Shown piece by piece: positions 26,801 through 36,910 of a stretch of DNA of 64,000 nt. This DNA comes from Botryllus schlosseri (lineage: Eukaryota): assembly GCA_051294905.1 (NCBI GenBank), contig CM119371.1:10604001-10668000 (forward strand). The letters run 5' to 3'. The notes under the pieces are model-generated. The model was not told the origin of the DNA, made no database searches, and saw nothing but the letters and a program-made list of their open reading frames with translations. How positions within the stretch are numbered: position 1 is the stretch's first letter; the number at the start of each line of letters is the position of its first letter. The translations under genes and the position numbers were made by a program.

Positions 26801-29800
26801 CTACCGGTACCATATTAGATAGAAATAGCTACAGTTTTCTTCCAAATTAAATTAGAATTATAGCTGCACGTTTTTTTCAAAATTTGATTAGAATTAAAAT
26901 TATAGCTACAGTCTTTTTCCAAATTAAATTAGCATTAAAATTATAGCTACGGATTTCTTTGAAATTTTATTCGGATTAAAATTATAGCTACAGTTTGATC
27001 CGAATTCAATTAGCATTAAAATTAGGCTATAGCTACAGTTTTCTTCGAAATTTAATTCAAATTAAAATAATAGCTACACCTATTTTCCAAATTCAACTAG
27101 CATTAAAATTTGAGTTGCAGTTTTCTTCGAAATTTAATTCAAATTAAAATTGGAGCTACACTTTTATTCGAGAATACACTCGAATTAAAATTATAGCTAC
27201 ACTTATTTTCCAAAATCAATTGGGATTACAATTATAGCTACAGTTTTCTTCGAAATTTTATTCGAATTAAAATTATAGTTACAGTTTTTTCCAAATTCGA
27301 TTAGATGCAAGAATATAACTACAGTGTTTTTCCCAAGTTAGACCAGAATTAAAATTACAGCTACACATATTTTTCCTAACGAAATTTGAATAAGAATTAT
27401 CGCTGCACACTTTTTCCAAATTACGTTAGAATTAGAATTGCTGAATTCGTGCAAACTTGGAAATCGAAAATTGAAGCAAGTTCATTTCCTATCAAACCAG
27501 AGCTCAATCTCATGTGCATAAGAATGGCAAGTGTATGTACACTAGGGCTGTTCAAAAATAACCTTTTTTCCTGAATCTTGCTAGTTACGTGATTAGATCG
27601 TTAGGTTGCCTTAAAAAAACGACGCACACCAAATTTGAATGCATTACAACCAATATTCGCGGATTTCGTAGAGTTTGAAAATTTTGGATTTGCCCAAAAA
27701 CGCAAAAAAAATTTTTTATCAAAGTTTTCTGCTAGCCCCATGAAATTGTTGGGCTGTCTTCAAAAACTATGCAAAACAAATTTGACTCAATTCCAAGCCG
27801 TAGAAGCGGAGTTATATCCGTTTTTCTTTGATAATTCTGGGATTATCCTTGATCGGTAGATAATCCAATAATTTTCATTGAAAAACTGGAATAACTCCGC
27901 TTCTACGGCTTGGAATTGAGTCAAATTTGTTTTGCATAGTCTTTGAAGACAGCCCAACAATTTCATGCGGTTGGCAGAAAAATTTGAAAAAAAATTTTTT
28001 TTGCGTTTTTGGGCCAATCAAAAATTTTCAAACTCTACGAAATCCGCGAATATTGGTTGGAATGCATTCAAATTTGGTGTGCGTCGTTTTTTAAGGCAAC
28101 CTAACGATTTAATCGCGTAACCAGCAAGATTCAGGAAGAAAGGTCATTTTTGAACAGCCCTAATGTACACCAATCTCGGTTCATTACGCACTATACATTA
28201 ATGGTTTTCAAAAACACTTTTTTTCAAATCTCACTGGCTACTTTTTAAAATTGTCAGGTTGGCGAAAAAAAATCTGCACACCAAATTTTGTTCAAGCCCA
28301 ACCAGTAGCCGCATTGCTACAAAATAAAGATTTGGATTGGTTATATAAAAATTCGAATGGAATTTCTTCAAAATTTTCTGTTCGCCCCATAAAATTGTTA
28401 GATTGTCTACAGAAACGATTCTCACCAAATTCGGCTTAATTCCAACCAGTGGAAGCGGAGTTATTGCAGTCGAAAAATTTGGATTCAGCTGGCCACCGTA
28501 AATACTATTCTATTCAAATCCCAATTTTTCGACTGCAGTAACTCCGCTTCCACTGGTTGGAATTGAGCCAAATTTGGTGTGCAGCCTTTAATGAAGTAAC
28601 CTAACGATTCTATCAAGTAGCAAGTACAATTTGAGAAAAAAGTCTTTTTTGAAGAACCCCACTATATACAGTAGGGCTCTTCAAAAATGACTTTTTTTCT
28701 TAAATCGTACTGGCTACTTGATAAAATTGTTAGGTTACCTAATTTAAGCCTGCACACCAAATTTGGTTCAATTCCAACCAGTAGTCCCATTGCTACAGGA
28801 GAAGAAAGTTTCTATTTATTATATAAAAATAAATAACAAAACATTTGAAAATTTTCTGTTCACCCCATGAAAGTGTTAGGTTGTCTATAGAAACGATGTT
28901 CACCTAATTTGGTTCAATTCCAACCAGTGGCAGCGGAGTTATTGCCGTCGAAAAATTTGGATTCGAATAGAATAGTATTTACGGTGGCCAGCTCAGTCCA
29001 AATTTTTCGACTGCAATAACTCCGCTTCCACTGGTTGGAATAAAGCCAAATTTGGTGTGTAGGCTTAAATTGGGTGACCTAACAGTTTTATCAAGTAGCC
29101 AGTACGATTTGAGAAAAAAATCATTATTGAAGAGCCCTAATGTTCAGGAAAACCAGAAATTAGATGAGAAATGTTTCACTAATTTGAGAAGATTATTCGA
29201 ATTAGTCTAATTAGACCGCTAGAATTAGTTCTAGTTGTCCAAGTCCGAGACTCACCAGTAGGGTTCAGCAGAGTTCAGAGTCGCGCATCCGTACACGAGC
29301 ATGTGGTGAGTGTGCGACATATCGGCGTGCGGAGTGAATTTCACTAAAAGAGTTTGACACTGTTTCAACTTCATCTCACAAATGCGATGCAATTTAAATA
29401 AAAACAAGAAAATTAGCCTCGCGGCACAGTCCCGACTGCATTACGGCTCAAGACGTAGTTAGAACAGTGCTATAGGTCTACATGTGAAGTGGAATGGTAT
29501 CTTCATAATGAAATATGGTGATACGATTGTTGATGGACAATGTTCTATTCAATTCTCGACTAGTTGCTGACGATTGCGCTACTCCTGACGAGTGCCAGCC
29601 GAGAATATTTAGGTTTATTTCAATATGAATTTATTATTCACTCATCTAAATTGAAGTTCTTTACCTCCAAAGTGACTTTCAATATACCGTAGTTATGCAG
29701 TATTATATATAAATTCCACACCGGAAGAATATCGTTCCTATGCGCAGTTAACAAATCAATGGCACAAAATTTGTGTGAAATTATCGAAGATTGACATTGA

Positions 29801-32082
29801 CATAGTTTTCTTATAGTTCACCGAAAAAAATCATGCAAGGGGACTTAAATTCAAGAGCTGAGAAGATCAAAGAAGTCGATTCAGAGAGAGGGACATACCT
29901 TTGACCGAAATACATAAATAACAATGATACAGATAAAGAAACGATAGGCATTACTAATACAACTTCAGATGATTATGTTAGGTTACTATTCCGTAGGTGT
30001 AAGTAAATATTTTCCTTAGATTTTGGGCTATATTATGGGAGTGAAGATCGATGTAGCATTTACAAAAAAATTCAGGCAAACTCTTCTGCGCGGAACTTGT
30101 CACATTTTTATTCATAACAAACTCACCGATCGAATATGCCTGATCTTGGAATGGAAGTTCGAAGGCCGTGCAGAGATATTGATCATCCTGTAGAGATAGA
30201 CAAATTTCATCTCACACCATTGATCTCCAACGAAGCACGCCAGACTACATATGACCAGGGCTGGGCATGATGTAGGGTTACAATGACACGAGTCATGACC
30301 CGACTCAAGTGGCGAGTTTTAGACTTGGTGAAGTTAGGCTACCATATTATTGGTAGGCTACTTCGTGTATATCAGTATAGGCTACTGGTTGGTAGGGCTG
30401 GGCACAACCCCTCTCCTCCCAGACTTGACCTCGGACTCGAACCGGCGGTTAAGTGATTTACTGGGGCGGCTTTATTTGACAGGCCAAAATAAAGTCAAAA
30501 TTAGGTCAAAATTGTAGCGTTAGATCAAAAAATGTCAAAATTGTTTACAAAGTCAAAAACTTTTTGCAACCTGCATTTCGTTTGTATCGTAGATTTTGCA
30601 CTGTCGGTGAACTTATCAATTGACATTTTACAGCTTGCAGCCTGTTTTATAGGCCTGCCATTGTGGACCGCCCATTTTCTGCTCACTGCGAATCTTAAAC
30701 GGTCAAATGACACAAATAGGTTAACATGGTGTTATGCTCAATGTACCGCAATATTCCAACTGAAGCAAGACTGCGTGGGCATTGCATGGTTCATATATCA
30801 AGAAGTGCATGATGAAAAATTGTGATGTAGACACCATTGCCAGAATGAAGCAACACGGTTTGTCACCAGCAGTGTACGCACAACTTCAACGTTGCCAGCC
30901 AACAACTGCTGCTGGTGAACGTTCTTTCTCCATTCTTGACAAGCTACTTAGTAGGGACAGACACATTCTACTGAAGAATGTAGGAGAGTATCTTTCGTTG
31001 TACTACAAAATTTTTTCATCATTTCTACCATAAAAGTGTAATGTAACTACTGGAATTCTTCATATGGCCAGATTTCGTTATTAAAATGAAGTTTTTTCGT
31101 GCGAAAATTTGTCACTTTTCGAGGCAAAAAAGTGTTTTCTCAGGCCAAACTACTTCGTAAGGACAGACAGTTCCAACCAGAAATGAAGATAAGTTGCACA
31201 ATTCTAACATTATGCGGGAAAACACCTAATTTGCATACATTGGGTCAAATTTGGTCAAAATTTTGATTTTAAGGGTTAAAAATTGTCAAAATTTTGATTT
31301 TTCTGGTCAAAATTATGTATTTTTCAGGTCAAAAAAATCGACCTAGTGCTAATGAATTAGTAATGATACGAGTCAAGCTATAATCAAACGACATTGACTT
31401 GTGACTTGGCTACAAGCTCACAACCCTGGTAGGCTGCTCGTATCCAATGATTTGAATCACTGAATTTATGCAAGTCTTGAAGCTAAGAATCAATTTGAAC
31501 AAATAGTGCTACATTTGGAAAAAGCGCAACAGACAAACTTGCTTAGAATTGTCAAAATTGAGATGAGGCGATCTAGGTTGTGACTGGCCCATTTATATAT
31601 ATATTCTATTCACAGTATATTTGTTATTTAGGCAGCCCATCATATTTTCAGCAACCCAAAAGATGACATTTTTTGCCTTAAAAAAACACCAAAGTAGATA
31701 TTTGAGCATCCTCAAACTCAGAGGACTATTCACTTTTTCAAAGGAAAAAAAGAAGACAAATCCTCCTAAAAAGAGCTGGACATAATTATGGACTTATGGT
31801 AAGTAAGCCAAACGTTATTTGACAAGAAAGAATAGGTGCAGTAGGTTGTCCAACCTGTTCTGTGTGTATGGATGGGAACCGGACATCCACCTCAGCAGTT
31901 GATGGACTTGAGTACCTGACTCCACTTCTCTCTTGGCATTCTGTGTCATCTTGCGGTAGCTCCATTGCCGTCTCTCTATCATAAAAGGGCTCCTGCACTC
32001 CTTGGACTGATTGATCATTTCCGACCACCAAACAAATCTCCATGACCAGCAAGAACATGCCAACATATTTTGAGCCAGCCAT
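5810..32082 (-). CDS. PAM: Bifunctional peptidylglycine alpha-amidating monooxygenase (PHM + PAL, type I membrane), 20 coding exons, about 862 aa
   Basis: Exons join in frame through GT/AG sites (one donor uncertain). PHM Cu ligands present: THHML, NMHF, RTHAH, DEMCNLY. All ten PHM cysteines present. PAL motifs present: VFHR, MPHG, DGYCN, IPHS, ADRE, DPHD. N-terminal signal peptide, TM helix and acidic cytosolic tail. Confidence 0.95.
5871..5925 (-). CDS. PAM: PAM exon 19 (LSTESTDEDSDVEVYSKN; acidic cluster)
   Basis: Follows a 62-nt intron; acceptor aattcag, donor gtgagt. Confidence 0.85.
5988..6063 (-). CDS. PAM: PAM exon 18 (cytosolic; ILSTSKKPKKRTHIMSPPEKQGFK)
   Basis: Acceptor ccaaacag, donor gtgagt; phases fit; KQGFKPLSTE resembles the vertebrate PAM tail motif KGFDRxSTE. 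Confidence 0.85.
6235..6747. mobile_element. MITE family with GACTCGAGTC-rich subtermini (other copies at about 3858, 9649-10393, 21588-21998, 22366-22860, 25539-26297, 30256-31428, 41057)
   Basis: TIR cagggctgtaa...ttacaaccctg; TSD gtactaac/gtaccaac; multiple homologous copies. Confidence 0.85.
6862..7096 (-). CDS. PAM: PAM exon 17 (juxtamembrane, TM helix AATIIIVCLIALPMIAMVISV, basic stop-transfer RLRARR)
   Basis: Acceptor tttttcag, donor gtgagt; hydrophobic helix followed by Arg cluster. Confidence 0.9.
7172..7195 (-). CDS. PAM: PAM exon 16, 24-nt micro-exon (NNEEKQEQ)
   Basis: Acceptor ttttccacacag, donor CAG|gtcggt; phase 0-0; 75-nt intron to exon 17. Confidence 0.65.
9099..9232 (-). 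repeat. Penelope-type terminal repeat copy, degenerate hammerhead
   Basis: Homologous to 49200-49345; deletion between the tandem CTGACGA motifs and altered stem III. Confidence 0.75.
9305..9373 (-). CDS. PAM: PAM exon 15 (VFVGDLTNRKLFKFDDPSALNKQ; end of PAL)
   Basis: Follows a 61-nt intron; acceptor ttgacag; donor uncertain (CAG|gctcgt ending at 9305, or CGT|gttcac ending at 9299). Confidence 0.85.
9435..9601 (-). CDS. PAM: PAM exon 14 (GVVFGVNG...LTDPHDVSTPPDGAK)
   Basis: Acceptor ttcttag, donor AAG|gtccgc; PHD Zn ligand motif. Confidence 0.93.
9988..10288. mobile_element. cagtggttctcaa-type hAT MITE nested in a GACTCGAGTC element (relatives at 33398-33708 and about 48372-48690)
   Basis: 8-bp TSD ctctactc; the empty site is visible in the sister copy near 6624. 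Confidence 0.88.
10994..11188 (-). CDS. PAM: PAM exon 13 (PDPYAFLIPHSVVL...VCVADREHGRISCF...AIAYSPLQ)
   Basis: Acceptor gtttcag, donor gtgaga; IPHS and ADRE motifs. Confidence 0.95.
11971..12075 (-). CDS. PAM: PAM exon 12 ([28 protein letters not shown])
   Basis: Acceptor tttttcag, donor gtgagc; DGYCN catalytic Tyr. Confidence 0.95.
13359..13678 (-). CDS. PAM: PAM exon 11 (WNSRSFD...FFMPHG...WLTDVAMHQVFK...HFCKPTDIAVD)
   Basis: Acceptor tttactcag, donor G|gtgtgg; PAL NHL-repeat motifs. Confidence 0.95.
13740..15500. mobile_element. TTAA-flanked (piggyBac-like) foldback MITE with arms of about 380 bp; single arms also at about 4035-4208 and 11371-11760
   Basis: ttaa|ccg...cgg|ttaa ends; left arm 13740-14115 is the reverse complement of 15113-15500. 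Confidence 0.8.
14124..15085. mobile_element. hAT-like element nested in the TTAA MITE; second copy at about 45712-46581
   Basis: TIR tagg..tggtgt.aa; 8-bp TSD ataaatac. Confidence 0.85.
15513..16020. repeat. Two inverted Penelope-type terminal repeat copies (about 15513-15690 minus; about 15890-16020 plus) with mutated hammerhead cores
   Basis: Homologous to 49165-49345; cores read ATGACGA...ATATTT and CTGACAA...CAAAA. Confidence 0.75.
16720..16897 (-). CDS. PAM: PAM exon 10 (start of PAL; ...MGQVGGVAAAADGSVYVFHRANR)
   Basis: Acceptor ttttcag, donor gtaagt; GQV.GV...VFHR motif. Confidence 0.93.
17999..20029. mobile_element. Non-autonomous hAT-like element nested in a MITE (about 17903-20206)
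   Basis: TIR cataggcgccgactt; perfect 8-bp TSD tgagtgac. Confidence 0.9.
21479..21559 (-). CDS. PAM: PAM exon 9, linker with His6 (DSVDAVMNGEAAIPAVPMEHHHHHHEE)
   Basis: Acceptor tttttgttgctcag, donor G|gttgtt; 81 nt, phase 1-1, keeps the frame between exons 8 and 10. Confidence 0.82.
22020..22180 (-). CDS. PAM: PAM exon 8 (ASSSDEMCNLYLMFY...; CuM Met)
   Basis: Acceptor ctaaaag, donor gtaacg; DEMCNLY motif. Confidence 0.95.
23093..23273 (-). CDS. PAM: PAM exon 7 (NVITGYRYR...WPQSFYP...GDVVIAQCNY)
   Basis: Acceptor ttccag, donor gtaagt; PQ.FYP motif. Confidence 0.95.
23345..24298. repeat. TIR element filled with ~40-bp minisatellite units (ctataattctaattctaatctaatttggaaaaaaactgtag-like); reverse copy at about 26700-29247
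   Basis: TIR cagacttgga.aactaga / tctagttgtccaagtctg; many diverged tandem units. Confidence 0.8.
24318..24469 (-). CDS. PAM: PAM exon 6 (PKYFAGIYLM...PMHVFAFRTHAHDL; CuM HxH)
   Basis: Acceptor gtttcag, donor gtgagt; PMHVFA.R.H.H motif. Confidence 0.95.
25814..25847 (-). ncRNA. Minimal type I hammerhead ribozyme (family B)
   Basis: Minus strand reads gctc-CTGATGA-G agccagt C-GAA-AAGCTT-C-gagt; intact core, palindrome AAGCTT, stem I gctc/gagt. Confidence 0.78.
25922..25955 (+). ncRNA. Hammerhead ribozyme (family B), inverted sister copy with imperfect palindrome
   Basis: gttc-CTGATGA-G agccagt C-GAA-AATCTT-C-gagt. Confidence 0.65.
26425..26532 (-). CDS. PAM: PAM exon 5 (IGKGSNIRYIVVNMHFAKAFREGSCAGVTAHVTRQ)
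   Basis: Follows a 56-nt intron; acceptor ttttcag, donor gtgagt; third CuH His. Confidence 0.93.
26589..26681 (-). CDS. PAM: PAM exon 4 (KCGLPCPNPTTIFAWARNAPELALPKDVGF)
   Basis: Acceptor ctacccag, donor gtcggt; AWARNAP motif. Confidence 0.95.
27543..28162. mobile_element. Near-perfect palindromic (foldback) MITE
   Basis: Inverted arms of about 300 bp starting tagggctgttcaaaaat; 8-bp TSD atgtacac. Confidence 0.9.
28200..29139. mobile_element. Two further related foldback MITEs in tandem (about 28200-28662 and 28672-29139)
   Basis: Termini tagggctcttcaa...ttgaagagcccta; internal inverted repeats homologous to 27543-28162. Confidence 0.8.
29256..29343 (-). CDS. PAM: PAM exon 3 (VKFTPHADMSHTHHMLVYGC...PYW; CuH His-His)
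   Basis: Acceptor cttttag, donor gtgagt; HHML.YGC motif. Confidence 0.95.
29516..29670 (+). repeat. Penelope-type terminal repeat copy, degenerate hammerhead
   Basis: gatacgattgttgat...ctagttgctgacga...cctgacgagtgccagccgagaatattt...ttgaagttct. Confidence 0.72.
30127..30187 (-). CDS. PAM: PAM exon 2 (DDQYLCTAFELPFQDQAYSI)
   Basis: Acceptor tctctacag, donor gtgagt; matches PHM DTYFC segment. Confidence 0.92.
30462..31346 (+). mobile_element. Deleted DNA transposon carrying a hAT-type dimerisation-domain remnant; inverted sister copy at about 7345-8163
   Basis: PTTAAGERSFSIL...R motif at 30782-31033; ggtcaaaa-rich subtermini; homologous copy on the opposite strand. Confidence 0.7.
31855..32082 (-). 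CDS. PAM: PAM coding exon 1 (signal peptide; MAGSKYVGMFLLVMEICLVVG...RFPSIHTEQ)
   Basis: ATG at 32082, hydrophobic signal peptide, donor CAG|gttgga, phase 0. Confidence 0.88.
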
Positions 32083-32768
32083 AGTGGCGATGGTGCTATC
32101 ACAGTTGAGTTGCTATTGCACTGAATGCTGCTTTTCAGGTAATTGTCAAGTCATAACAAGCTAAAATGATCTAGTGCTGTAGCAAAATCTACCGTACAAT
32201 CTGAAAGATTCGTTTTCACGATGAGTTCAGTCAACACATAACATACGTCACATACGGCAGATCGATAATGTTCCTAAATCTGACACCGAATTATAACCAT
32301 ATATGAATTATTGATAGCATAGCAGCGAAAGATCGATAGATTCGACTACAAAAGCAAACAACAAATATCATAAACTGATCCAAGATGCCGCTATTTCGGA
32401 GCTGGTCCATAATCCGCTGCAACTTCTCTCTATATTAGTGTTAACCATTAACCAATATTCCCCAGCTAGAGGCCTGAAGCTGGAGCTGGACCTGGAACTG
32501 GGCATAGAAGTTACCATTACCGTACCAACAAGATGAAGCTGTCACACAAAATTCGATCACACAAATCGAGGGGTGATTACTAACGGTAAAATGTAGCAAC
32601 AAAAACGACATAATCACCGTATTGTCAAAAGAATGATTTCAAGTTCAAGTTTATTCATCAAATTCCATCGCTTCAAAACATCACAAGAATGAAGTACAAT
32701 GAATGAAAGGAACATGTCGAAACCACTAGGAGTAGTCTTTAAGATCAGACACCCACCTGGGCCTAGGC

Positions 32769-33886
32769 CAGGGGTGGGCAAACTTTTGAGCTCGCTGGCC
32801 GCATTGAACATCTGAATCCATTCGCGGGCCGCACTACATAAAATTGGGATTATTAACCAAAACGCAATATTGATATTTAATTATATAGTGAGGACATGGA
32901 GATAATATACGTAAGTGCTTATTTAAAACAAGTCAAACATTGCTTTGATGATATCGTACACGCGTCAGAAACATGTAGTGGCGAGATTTCATAGGCTGGC
33001 GGACCTCAAAAACCAATTTGTCAAAATTGTAGAGATGGAAGTCGGTTGGCCCGATTCTTAGAACAGGATTGAAATTTAAATCTGTGAGCACTGAGCAGCG
33101 ATCTGTACATAGATTTACTAATTCCACTTTTTGTTCAGTTCCAGGACACACAATGCTGACAGCACTACAACCATGTTAGCTTCAAACACGCTTCTACTAT
33201 GTGTAGATAAATATAAATACCCCTATTCTACGCATACAAACTAATCTACCTAAGACACGCCCGACTCGTTTTTTTTTATAAGCACAAGACTGAAATATTT
33301 AAAAATGGAGTGACCAATCTGAAATCTCACTCGTGATCCAAATTATGTCAATCTCGTTGCAGCTATCCCGCTGTGATATTAAGTATTTACATTAGATCAG
33401 TGATTCTTAAACTTTTTAAGACACACCCTCCCCTCTTATGATGATACAAGATTTCGCGCCCCCTTATCGTCATATCACAAAACGCAACCAGGATGCTAGC
33501 AAACCTAACGGCTAGTTTGATGGCATTGAAGGTTACGACTGTGGATGATATATTTTTAAATATGTAATTCAGACTAAATACAGAGCAACGACTTTGAAAT
33601 GTATGTAAATCGCGCGGAGCGCGAAAATTTTTTTCAGTTGCGCTCAGCTTCGCTTCAGATCCTTTCACGCCCCCGAGGGGGGCGTGCCCCCCAGTTTGAG
33701 AACCACTGTCTTAGAGTTATCATGGTGAAATATACTAAGAAATAGTTAATCAAGTCCCTGCATTAATTCGATTTTTAGTACGCATTTTATCAATATTTAA
33801 AAATAGTTTCTTTAGACTCTCGCGGGCCGCACAGAACGGTGTTGCGGACCGCATGCAGCCCGCGGGCCGTAGTTTGCCCACCCCTG
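32769..33886. mobile_element. hAT-like MITE containing nested MITE 33398-33708; related copy starts near 60096
   Basis: TIR caggggtgggcaaac; perfect TSD gcctaggc. Confidence 0.9.
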
Positions 33887-34199
33887 GCCTAGGCGATGTA
33901 AAGACAAGGCATGCAGCACGCACCCTGAATGAAAGTAAAAGAAGATAATATTAAATGACAAGCGATAAAATCAGGGTGACAAGTGACGGAAGGTGAGATC
34001 GATATGTCAGGTCGTGGTCCGGTAAGGGTGAGAGCTTACTAATATTTATGCAGCAGAAATTGCTTGTATTTCGACTTGAATTTGGACATGCTAGACGACT
34101 GTCGTATATAGCCGGTCGGCTTATCCGGATGGCGCATCCGGATTTGAACACTCATCTATGGTAGAAGTAGAATGTGGATGGAACTTTGTCCATAGCAAC

Positions 34200-35210
34200 G
34201 CTCATGCAGATCCGTCATCGAAAACGTGTCCAAAAGATACAGCTATATTAGCAATTTACAACGTAGCGTCGTAAGGTATTGCTATGTTACAACTATATGA
34301 TTTGACACATGTAATATTTCAACAAAATACGCGATAAGCTCTCGTGTTACGATTGGTGCTGTTGCAACCGATGTATGACCATTGCACAACATGTAACAGT
34401 CTGTTACCTCTATTTGTGTCAAATTTCAACGAGATACAATGTCATCAGGGTCCAAATGCCTCCCTGCCCCCTGTCACCGGATTCGCGTCGGATAACCGAG
34501 AAACCAACTTTGTAACCGACTCCCCACCCTTACACAAGATGTATTAGCGCGTGAACTCCTCTATTTGTGCCAAATGTCATTGAGATCCAATTCCCAATAG
34601 GGTCAAAATCCTGCGCAGCGGTCAGAAGCCGGTTACAGAAACTCATGAATCCGGTGATCGGGGGGGGGGATTTTGACCCTATTTTGACATTTAATCTCGA
34701 TGAAATATGTCAGAAATAGAGTTAGTTCAGACGCCGATACATCTTGAGAAATGGTGATAAGTCGGTTACAAAGTTATTTTCTCGGTTATAGTAGATGCGA
34801 ATCCGGTGACGGGTGGGGGGGGGCGCATTTGGACCCTATTACGACATTGGATCTCGATGAAATTTGACATAATTTCAGTCAACATACTGTTATATCTAGT
34901 GCAATGGTCAGAAATCGGTTAGAAAAACGTTTGGTTTTCTCGGTTAACTGACGTGAATCCGGTGATGCGGTACGGGGGGGGGGAGGGGGGCAAATTTTAA
35001 CCCTATTTGTGCATTGGATCTCCATGAAATTTGGCGCGAATAGAGTTAACAGCCTGTTTCATCTTGGATAATGGTTAGAAGTCGGTTACAAGTTAAAACT
35101 GCATCAATCGCAACACGAGAGCTTCTTACACGTCTTTGGTTGAAATACTACATCAGTTAAATCATAGTTTTATACTTGGACACGTTTGCGGCGACGGATC
35201 TACATGAAGT
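34200..35210. mobile_element. Inverted-repeat element with internal ~170-bp repeats and G-runs
   Basis: catgcagatccgtc...aaacgtgtccaa versus ttggacacgttt...gacggatctacatg; repeated gaatccggtga.....ggggg units. Confidence 0.65.
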
Positions 35211-36523
35211 TGGCCATAACTTTTTCAGATATTAAAGAATCTAATGAGTCAAGATCATCACGACTTACTCCAACCTCAATATAAGCGCGAACACAATCAT
35301 CATTTTGACAACTGAAAAATATGTAGGGTAGCCTACCGACACCACACCACACCACACCACCGACCTGCACAAGATGAATTAATCCACTAAATCAACAAAC
35401 TCTGCTCATACAAAATTTCATCAACATTCACTTGGAAGAATTGGGTCAAAATCCCCACCCTAATAAGATCCTTAAATCCTAGTTTCCATGTACACTGCTG
35501 GATTCACGTCCGGCAACCGGAATAACGTGTCTGCAGCCTATACTTTTGACATTTGCATAACATGAGCTATAACACTCTATTAATTCGTTGTAAAACTCAC
35601 TGACAAAGCCAACATGTCGATTCATATCACGAAATCACAAATTCGGCCGTTTTTAGAGGCAGTTCGCTCCAAAAAATTAATTTTAGCCCTTGGCCCTTTA
35701 TTTTTAATATTTGGCTTTTTTCTGGAAGCAGTTGAGACATACCATCGATCTAGCTATTCAATTAAATGTATCTCGTAAATTAAGCTGCTGACAATATTTA
35801 TGCCAAAGTCAAAGATTCGAGTGGAAACACTGTAGAAGATGAGGATTTGCAATCGTTTTTGTAGAAAGTAGACTGTGTATGGGAATTGTAAACACATATT
35901 TGTGAAGAGGTGGACGAAAAAGCATCTCACACGGCTGATAGCTAAGTAGCAGAAAAATTCTGAAGAGTACCCTTATAGTACTTAATGATTGATAAAAATT
36001 TGAAAAAAAAAGCAAAATAACCGTACAGGTTTTTGGTGAAAAACCGAAGAATTAAGTATATAAGTTGAATAAGTTTCAAAAGTAAAAATCCATTAATTTT
36101 TATTTAAATTCATAAAATTTAACCACTCTCATATTATACCACAAAAAGTATTATTTTACGATTTTATGCAGTTATTGTAGTTGGATCCAGGGAAGTTGTA
36201 GGTATTGGATTTTGTGTTCTACTAACAGTATCAGCAATATAAAACTGGAATTCCATGTGATTGACAAAATGTCTATGGGTAATGTTGCAACTTTATTAAT
36301 GTTATTGAACAATTTGGTCTTTTTTAGCCCATATTACGGCGCTGTTTGGCCCTTTTTCTCAAAAGATGTCTGGCAACACTGCAATACGACGAAAAACCAT
36401 ATTCAGACATGTGACGTTGGTCGCCAAAGACCTTATAGAATATTATAGGCGATAAGCGCCAATGTTGTGTGAATAAAACAAACTTCTGCTGATGTCGACT
36501 CTGCAAATCAATTGCTGATAAAT

Positions 36524-36910
36524 TAGGGTTACCATACGTCCTCTTTAAAGAGGATTTGTCCTCCTTTTTTACTTTTTTGAAAGTGTCCTCGGAGGATGCC
36601 ACTTTGTCGTCGATTTTGAGATTTTATCCTCTTTTCGTCATATTTAAAGCAAAATCCCACTGAGATGTCGTAAAGCAGCACCGAAGTGACGACCCGGCGG
36701 GTATCTCGGGAGCTGAGCGGGAAGTTGACCTATTTTTTTTAGTCAACCACCCGACAATGTAAAGTAAAAAACTGGATTTCGGGCACCGGGCGAGAAAGAG
36801 GACCTTTTTTTTCTATTTTCCATTTTTTGAGAACTATGCTCCTTTGTTTTGCAAGTCTGAAAATTCTGAAAAAGTGTCCTCTTTTTAGATTTCCAAAATA
36901 TGGTAACCTA
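36524..36910. mobile_element. MITE (tagggttaccata termini)
   Basis: TIRs present; TSD tgataaat/tcataaat. Confidence 0.8.

Noticed and set aside
34186..34200. RFX X-box-like half site (catagcaac) upstream of PAM
   Set aside because: Only a half site matches and it lies at the edge of an inverted-repeat element.
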